The position numbers and the translations under genes are program-made. Positions 58,411-64,000 of a DNA stretch of 64,000 nucleotides are shown here, in pieces. The notes beneath the pieces are model-generated. The model was not told where the DNA came from and did not search any database. It saw only the letters and a list, made by a program, of their open reading frames with translations. The number at the start of each line of letters is the position of its first letter. Within the stretch, counting starts at the first letter, position 1. Source of the stretch: Bacilli bacterium (GTDB lineage: Bacteria; Bacillota_I; Bacilli_A; ML615J-28; CAG-698); assembly GCA_050953065.1 (NCBI GenBank), contig JBMNLZ010000002.1, positions 256,001 to 320,000 of the forward strand, read 5' to 3'.

Positions 58411-59664
58411 AGTGATATTGATTTAACAATAAAATATGACTTAAATACAATACTAACAAAAGATATAACTCTATATGCTGACTGGGAAACGATAGGATTA
58501 GAGTATGAATTAATTAATGATGGAACTGAATATAGTGTCAATAAAGGTAATGCTTCAGAGTTAACTGAAATTCAAATTCCAAATATTAAAGATGGAAAAA
58601 AAGTAACACGCATTACTGATTTTAAAAAATGTTTAAATCTAAAAGAAATCATTATACCAAATAGTATAAACAAAATAGATAGTTGGTCGTTTTTGGAAAA
58701 CGTAGCTTTAGAAAATATAATTCTTCCTGATGGTATTAGTTCAATTGATGCTTATACATTTTCCAAATGTACTAGTTTAAAAAGTATAATGATACCAGAT
58801 AGTGTAGTTTTTATTAGTAAAGAAGCTTTTAATGAATGTGATAGTATAGAATATGAGATATATGAAGGGTTAAAATATTTAAACAATTGGATAATGGGAG
58901 TAGAAGATACTTCGGTTAGTGAAGTTAGTTTAAAAGAAACAACTGTTGGAATAGGACCTAATGCTTTTTGGGATTGTGTTAATCTAACTAATATAACTTT
59001 CCCTGATACTTTAAAGGCTATTAGTGAGCGGGCATTTACCAATTGTTATTCCTTAACAGAAATAACATTACCAGATAATTTTGAAAGAATTGGTGATTTT
59101 GCTTTTGAGGGATGTACTACTATAAAAAGTATTTTTATTTCAAAAAAAACAAAAGAATTATCTGGGATTCCTTGGGATTTAGAAGAAATAAATGTTGACC
59201 CACAAAATGAATTTTATACTAGCATAGATGGTGTTTTATATAACAAAGAAATTACTGAATTAATTCGTTTTCCTAATTACAAAGAAGTTATTGAATTTAC
59301 AGTTCCAGAAACAGTAATTGATATAGGACCATCTGCTTTTTCTGACAACAAATTTGTTAAAAAAGTTACGCTTCAAAATGGGGTTGAAACTATTGGTGAT
59401 GGTGCATTTTTTAGGTGTGGTGCTTTAGAAGAGATAATTTTATCTGATACACTTAAAAAAATTGATGATTATGCTTTTGCATATTACGAAAAATTAAAAG
59501 AAATCATAATCCCTCGTAGTGTAGAATATATTGGTGCAAATCTATTTATTGGTTATGTAAGTGGATTAAAAATATATTGTGAAATAGAGGCTCAACCTGA
59601 AGGTTGGGATGAATTTTGGAATCCTAATGATGAATTAGTTGTCTGGGGTTATACTAGAGAGTAA
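58216..59664 (+). CDS. BspA-type LRR lipoprotein 3 with one InlB B-repeat
   Basis: Same N-terminus as gene 2; distinct LRR set; ends WGYTRE. Confidence 0.92.
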   Translation: MKKIGIVLLIVMFMFLYGCKPKEKLTISFETNGGSSIEDAVIDSALDFVLPDEPVKEGYTFAGWYSDIDLTIKYDLNTILTKDITLYADWETIGLEYELINDGTEYSVNKGNASELTEIQIPNIKDGKKVTRITDFKKCLNLKEIIIPNSINKIDSWSFLENVALENIILPDGISSIDAYTFSKCTSLKSIMIPDSVVFISKEAFNECDSIEYEIYEGLKYLNNWIMGVEDTSVSEVSLKETTVGIGPNAFWDCVNLTNITFPDTLKAISERAFTNCYSLTEITLPDNFERIGDFAFEGCTTIKSIFISKKTKELSGIPWDLEEINVDPQNEFYTSIDGVLYNKEITELIRFPNYKEVIEFTVPETVIDIGPSAFSDNKFVKKVTLQNGVETIGDGAFFRCGALEEIILSDTLKKIDDYAFAYYEKLKEIIIPRSVEYIGANLFIGYVSGLKIYCEIEAQPEGWDEFWNPNDELVVWGYTRE

Positions 59665-59712
59665 AAACTTTACATATAATATAGGTTTATTTATAGAAGA
59701 AAATGATAATCT

Positions 59713-59760
59713 AAATAAAAATATCAGTATCTTTAAAAAAAGATGCTGATATTTTTATTT
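59713..59760 (+). terminator. Terminator after the BspA array
   Basis: AAATAAAAATATCAGTATCTTT/AAAGATGCTGATATTTTTATTT. Confidence 0.85.
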
Positions 59761-59814
59761 AAAAAAGAAGTAAAATAAGAATTATTTAATAATATATAAG
59801 TGAGAGGATAAACT

Positions 59815-60348
59815 ATGAAAAAGAAAATAATTATTGTTTTAGTAATTGTTGTAGGTTTAATTGGAGTGGTTGTAAAAAATGTTCTTTCTTCTAAAGAAAA
59901 TGTTTTAGTTGAAAGTGGAACATCTTTAGTAGAAGATAATCTAGTAAATAAAGTTTTAGTAGAAATTAGAGGAGCAGTTCTTTATCCAAATATTTATGAA
60001 GTAAATAACAATGCTAGAGTTGATGATGTTATTACTTTAGCAGGTGGCCTAACAAAAAATGCTAATATAAGTGAAGTAAATCGTTTAGAAAAAGTTTATG
60101 ATTCAATGTTAATTGAAATAAAAGAAAATAATACAGAAGAACTAAATTATACTACTAGTAATAAAATATCACTTAATAAAGGAACGCTTGATGAATTAAT
60201 GACATTACCTGGAATTGGTGAGACTAGAGCTCTAGCAATTATAAGTTATAGGAATGAAAAGAAATTCGTTAGTATTGAGGAAATTAAAAATGTTAAGGGA
60301 ATTTCAGATGCTATATATGCTAAGATTAAAGATAATATCAGTTTATAA
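59815..60348 (+). CDS. comEA: Competence DNA-binding protein ComEA
   Basis: N-terminal TM, SLBB (VEIRGAV..P.IY...RV.D.I..AGG), HhH LPGIG, VKGIS. Confidence 0.93.
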   Translation: MKKKIIIVLVIVVGLIGVVVKNVLSSKENVLVESGTSLVEDNLVNKVLVEIRGAVLYPNIYEVNNNARVDDVITLAGGLTKNANISEVNRLEKVYDSMLIEIKENNTEELNYTTSNKISLNKGTLDELMTLPGIGETRALAIISYRNEKKFVSIEEIKNVKGISDAIYAKIKDNISL

Positions 60349-62458
60349 TTATCTAAAAAACAATTATTTTATTTTTGTAATTGGCTTAATCTTTTTAGCA
60401 TTATCTTTAAATCATTACCATTATTTTTTCTTATATTTATTTTTTCTTTATTTTTTATACTCTAGATATAAAATTATATTTAGAGTATTTTTATTTATTA
60501 GTATCATCTTTTCACTTAATTTTTTTATTCATAAATATACATTCAAACAAACAGATATCAAAGAAGTTAAAGGAATAATTACTGATATCAAAGAATTAGA
60601 AAATTATAATAAAATTACAGTAAGAGATGGTTTTAAAAAGTATTATATTACTGATTTAAATAAAAAAGATTATCATTTAGGAATAAAGATCTATGTAAAG
60701 GGAGAAAATAAAAAAATTACTAAAAATAAAATTGCGATGGCTTTTAATTATCAAGAGTATTTAACTCATCAAAAAATAGTTGGTGTTATTAAAGCCAGTG
60801 AAATAAAGGTATTAAGTAATAGTTTTTCAATTTTATTTTTTAAAGAAAAAATAAATGATTATATAAACAATAATTTTAGTCAAGAAAATTTAATGTTTTT
60901 AAGAGCTGTTATTTTAGGAGATGATAGTCTTTTAACTGATGAAATAGAAGAAGATGTTAAGATAAATGGGATATCGCATTTGTTTGCGATATCAGGACTT
61001 CATATTGGGATTCTTGTTTTAATGTTAACTAATCTTTTTAAAAGAATAAAACTAAAAGATAAAACAATTAATATCATAATTACTATTACTTTATTTTTAT
61101 ATTTAGTTATTACAGCTTTTTCTTCATCAATTCTAAGAGCTGCTTTAATGTGGGGAGCAGTTACTTTAAATAAAAAATATAATTTAAAATTAAAAAGTTT
61201 AGATATTGTTTCAATTATCTTTATTTTATTAGTTATTATTAATCCGTTTTATATCTATAATATGGGGTTTGTTTTAAGTTTTCTAGCAACTTTTATTATT
61301 ATTTTAATGAATCCATTATTAAAGAATAAAAACAATGCTTTTCAAATTTTAATTTTAAGTATTGCAATTCAAATTGCAAGTCTACCAATTATGATTAATT
61401 TTAATTCTGAAGTTAATTTAGTTAGTTTTGTAAGTAATATTATTTATATTAATTTATTTTCTTTAATATTGCCGATTTCTTTTTTGGTTTTGTTTTTACC
61501 ATTTTTAAGTGGAATATATAATTATTTAATTATAGGTTTTTTTAAAGCAATTGATTTAACTAGTTATATAAATATTCCTTTTAGACTTCCCTTTTTTAAT
61601 ATCAATCTAACTTTTATTTATTATTTATTAATCGTTTTATTATGTGTTTTTTATTTTAATAAAAGTTTGAAAAATTATTTATCTTTTATGATAGTTTTAT
61701 TTCTTCTAATTGTTTCAAATATTTTATATTTTAATCCATCAAAAGAAATATATTTTTTTGCTTTATATAACGGTGAAGCAATTCTTTTAACTGATAGTTT
61801 TAATAAAATGAATTGTTTGATTGATACAGGGGATGGTAAAAATAAAGAAGTGAGTAGTTATTTAAAAAGAAAAGGCATTAAAAGATTAGATTATTTAATT
61901 TTAACTCATAATCATTTTGACCATAACGGTGAAGCGTTAGATATCATTAATAACTTTTATGTTAAAAATGTTGTAGTAAGTCAATTTGATGAGAGTAGAT
62001 ATGCATCTTTAAAAAACACTTTAAAAGTTAGGGCAGGAGATATAATTAAAGCTGGTGATCTTACTTTTGAAGTGCTAGCACCAAAAGTAAAGTCAACAGA
62101 TGAAAATGATAATAGTATAGTTTTAAAAGTTTTATTTGGAGAGTATAATTTTTTATTTCTAGGAGATGCTTCTAAAACGATAATAGAAGAGGTAGCTACT
62201 AAAGATTTAAAAGTTGATGTGATTAAGATAGCACATCATGGAAGTGCAACAGCACTATCACATCAAGCACTAGAAGTCTTAAAACCAAAGATTGCTATTA
62301 TTCAAACAGGAGAAATTGCTTATTTTGGTTTTCCAAGTAAAGAAGTAATTGAGAGTCTAAATTATTATAATATAAAAACATATAGAACGGATTTAGATTA
62401 TTCGATTAAATATAAATATCTTTTTAATAAAACTACATTTTTAATAGAGAACTTTTAA
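60254..62458 (+). CDS. comEC: Competence channel ComEC/Rec2 (true start probably 60308 or later)
   Basis: GISHLFAISGLH, SSILRA, LSFLA; MBL domain LTHNHFDH, NDNS, HHGS. Confidence 0.93.
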   Translation: MKRNSLVLRKLKMLREFQMLYMLRLKIISVYNYLKNNYFIFVIGLIFLALSLNHYHYFFLYLFFLYFLYSRYKIIFRVFLFISIIFSLNFFIHKYTFKQTDIKEVKGIITDIKELENYNKITVRDGFKKYYITDLNKKDYHLGIKIYVKGENKKITKNKIAMAFNYQEYLTHQKIVGVIKASEIKVLSNSFSILFFKEKINDYINNNFSQENLMFLRAVILGDDSLLTDEIEEDVKINGISHLFAISGLHIGILVLMLTNLFKRIKLKDKTINIIITITLFLYLVITAFSSSILRAALMWGAVTLNKKYNLKLKSLDIVSIIFILLVIINPFYIYNMGFVLSFLATFIIILMNPLLKNKNNAFQILILSIAIQIASLPIMINFNSEVNLVSFVSNIIYINLFSLILPISFLVLFLPFLSGIYNYLIIGFFKAIDLTSYINIPFRLPFFNINLTFIYYLLIVLLCVFYFNKSLKNYLSFMIVLFLLIVSNILYFNPSKEIYFFALYNGEAILLTDSFNKMNCLIDTGDGKNKEVSSYLKRKGIKRLDYLILTHNHFDHNGEALDIINNFYVKNVVVSQFDESRYASLKNTLKVRAGDIIKAGDLTFEVLAPKVKSTDENDNSIVLKVLFGEYNFLFLGDASKTIIEEVATKDLKVDVIKIAHHGSATALSHQALEVLKPKIAIIQTGEIAYFGFPSKEVIESLNYYNIKTYRTDLDYSIKYKYLFNKTTFLIENF

Positions 62459-62535
62459 GAATAGTAATTGAAAAAAAAGTAAAAAAAAGATATAATATAT
62501 ATATATTATATTATATCTAAATAGGAGTAAATTTT

Positions 62536-63513
62536 ATGGCAGCAAACATTTATCTGTTTACAGGCAATGAAAAATTAATAACTGAAAATAGAATTAAAAA
62601 AATAATAACTGAAAATGAAATTGAAGATATGAATGTTGAAACATATGATTTAACATATGATAAAAAAAATGAAGCTGAAAACATTAAAATAACAGAAGTT
62701 ATTAATTCATGTTCAACTCCACCATTCTTTTCTCTTAAAAAAGCTGTTGTTATAAAAAACCCTACCTTTTTAACAACCACTATTTTAAACGATCTTGAAA
62801 AAGAGTTATTTATTAAATATTTAAACAATCCACTTGATTCTACGCTTTTTATAATTAACGCAGTTAACTTAAGACTAAATGAAAAATGTGAGATTGTTAA
62901 AACTTTAAAAAAGGTAAGTGAAACCAAAATAACTGAAATTAGTGAACAAGAGATGCATGGTTGGTTAGTAATGTATTTAAGGAAAAAGAATATTAATATT
63001 GATGAGGAAGCTAGAAAACTCTTTTTTGAATATGTTGGGAAAGATACCATAAAAGCAGAAAACGAAGCATTAAAATTAATGCATTATGTAGGAGAAAACT
63101 CTAGAGTTTATGTAAAAGATGTTGAAGCAATTGTTTCAAGAAGTAATGATATTCCATCATATGAATTAACTAATGCTATAGTTAATGGAAAAACTAAAGA
63201 AGCAATTGATAAATATCTAGCTTTAGTTAAAACTGGTGTAAAGGGTGAATTTATTTTTAGTATAATTGCTACTACTATGAAACGTCTTCTAATTGCTCAA
63301 GCAATGATTGAAGAAAAAGCAAAACAAAAAGATATTGCTCAAGTATTACAGGTTAGTGAAAACCAAGCATATTATATTATGCAAAATACTAAAAAACTTC
63401 CTAAAGAAAAAATTGTAAATAATATTATTCAATTAGGTGAATTAGATTATAAAGTTAAAACTGGTAAAATAGATTTAGAAACAGCTTTAGAATATTTAGT
63501 TTTTAAAGCATAA
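62536..63513 (+). CDS. holA: DNA polymerase III delta subunit
   Basis: IYLFTG.E, T.PFF...K.V, E..KL, D...KTG; comEC-holA-rpsT synteny. Confidence 0.88.
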   Translation: MAANIYLFTGNEKLITENRIKKIITENEIEDMNVETYDLTYDKKNEAENIKITEVINSCSTPPFFSLKKAVVIKNPTFLTTTILNDLEKELFIKYLNNPLDSTLFIINAVNLRLNEKCEIVKTLKKVSETKITEISEQEMHGWLVMYLRKKNINIDEEARKLFFEYVGKDTIKAENEALKLMHYVGENSRVYVKDVEAIVSRSNDIPSYELTNAIVNGKTKEAIDKYLALVKTGVKGEFIFSIIATTMKRLLIAQAMIEEKAKQKDIAQVLQVSENQAYYIMQNTKKLPKEKIVNNIIQLGELDYKVKTGKIDLETALEYLVFKA

Positions 63514-63541
63514 AAAAACACCCTTAATTGGGATGTTTTTT
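63512..63541. terminator. Bidirectional terminator holA/rpsT
   Basis: AAAAACACCC..GGGATGTTTTT between convergent stops. Confidence 0.7.
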
Positions 63542-63803
63542 AAGCAATAGAATTAATGCTTTTAGCTAAACGTGATTTAACACGACTAACATGATTCTTA
63601 TAATAGATACCTTTTGATACAGCTTTATCTAATTTTTTAGATGCAAAATTATAAGCTTCTTGTGCTGCTTTATGATCTTTAGCAGCTACAGCTGTTTCAA
63701 CGTTTTTAATAGCTGTTTTTACAGAAGATTTAAAAGCTGCATTTGCTAGTCTTTTCTTTTCGTTTGTTATATTACGCTTTGCTTGTTGTTTAATATTAGC
63801 CAT
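63540..63803 (-). CDS. rpsT: 30S ribosomal protein S20
   Basis: MANIK...KR....KS.VKTAIK, LDKA.SKGI..KN..SR.KSRL. Confidence 0.97.
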   Translation of the reverse strand: MANIKQQAKRNITNEKKRLANAAFKSSVKTAIKNVETAVAAKDHKAAQEAYNFASKKLDKAVSKGIYYKNHVSRVKSRLAKSINSIA

Positions 63804-63833
63804 TTAAGTCACCTCCGAAATTTCACATAATAT

Positions 63834-63862
63834 ATTGTAGCAAGAAAATTGAAAAAATGCAA
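63834..63862 (-). promoter_or_regulatory. rpsT promoter
   Basis: Minus strand TTGCAT-17 bp-TACAAT with extended -10 TG. Confidence 0.7.
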
Positions 63863-63919
63863 GAAATAAGTAAACTATTTTTTTAAAAAAAATAATTTAA
63901 GAAAAAATGAGGACAATAA

Positions 63920-64000
63920 ATGAAAAAAGAAGTAATAATAGTTGGAGCGGGAGCATCTGGAATCTTAAGTGCAATTTTAATTAAAAGAGAAAAACCAGAA
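63920..64000 (+). CDS. FAD/NAD(P)-dependent oxidoreductase, N-terminal fragment
   Basis: MKKEVIIVGAGASG Rossmann GxGxxG; runs off the window. Confidence 0.75.
   Translation, partial: MKKEVIIVGAGASGILSAILIKREKPE

Noticed and set aside
62489-62518. AT palindrome TATAATATATATATATTATA before holA as a possible dif site
   Set aside because: Lacks the TTATGTAAA-type XerD arm; explained by low complexity and a -10 element
1291-63050. Short antisense or alternate-frame ORFs in the track (e.g. 1291-1611, 38987-39433, 53372-53683, 58191-58541, 62550-63050)
   Set aside because: They shadow well-supported genes and show no SD or recognisable motifs
1-64000. CRISPR array, rRNA, tRNA, integrase or transposase
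   Set aside because: No regularly spaced repeat-spacer pattern, RNA-gene signature or recombinase motif was seen by eye; a tool scan was not possible

Overview
AT-rich bacterial chromosome segment using genetic code 11 (TGA is a stop). Gene content, including the in-frame GdpP-L9 fusion and many BspA/InlB-repeat lipoproteins, suggests an Acholeplasmatales/Izemoplasmatales-like Bacilli lineage; this is inference. Most of the window is housekeeping: tkt, oppBCDFA, trmB, rpsF-ssb-rpsR, gdpP-rplI, dnaB, prfA-alr-prmC, tsaC, rpiB-upp, yhaM, serC-serA, uvrB-mnmA-recD2, comEA-comEC-holA and rpsT. There are two accessory surface-protein regions. (1) An 8.0-kb integrase-free island at the 3' end of yhaM is bounded by a perfect 107-bp direct repeat. 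Its right end also carries a diverged, in-frame-deleted piece of a second yhaM allele. It encodes a PadR regulator, a lipoprotein and a ~1950-aa lipase-like/LRR/B-repeat/Gly-rich/Ig surface protein. (2) A variable BspA-LRR lipoprotein array between recD2 and comEA has constant N- and C-termini, swapped middles and collapsed remnants. Other notable items are a motif-degenerate CCA-enzyme homolog abutting yhaM, a motif-dead ABC ATPase, a 71-aa tandem helical repeat protein and a candidate CU-rich small RNA after serA. No rRNA, tRNA or CRISPR array was recognised.
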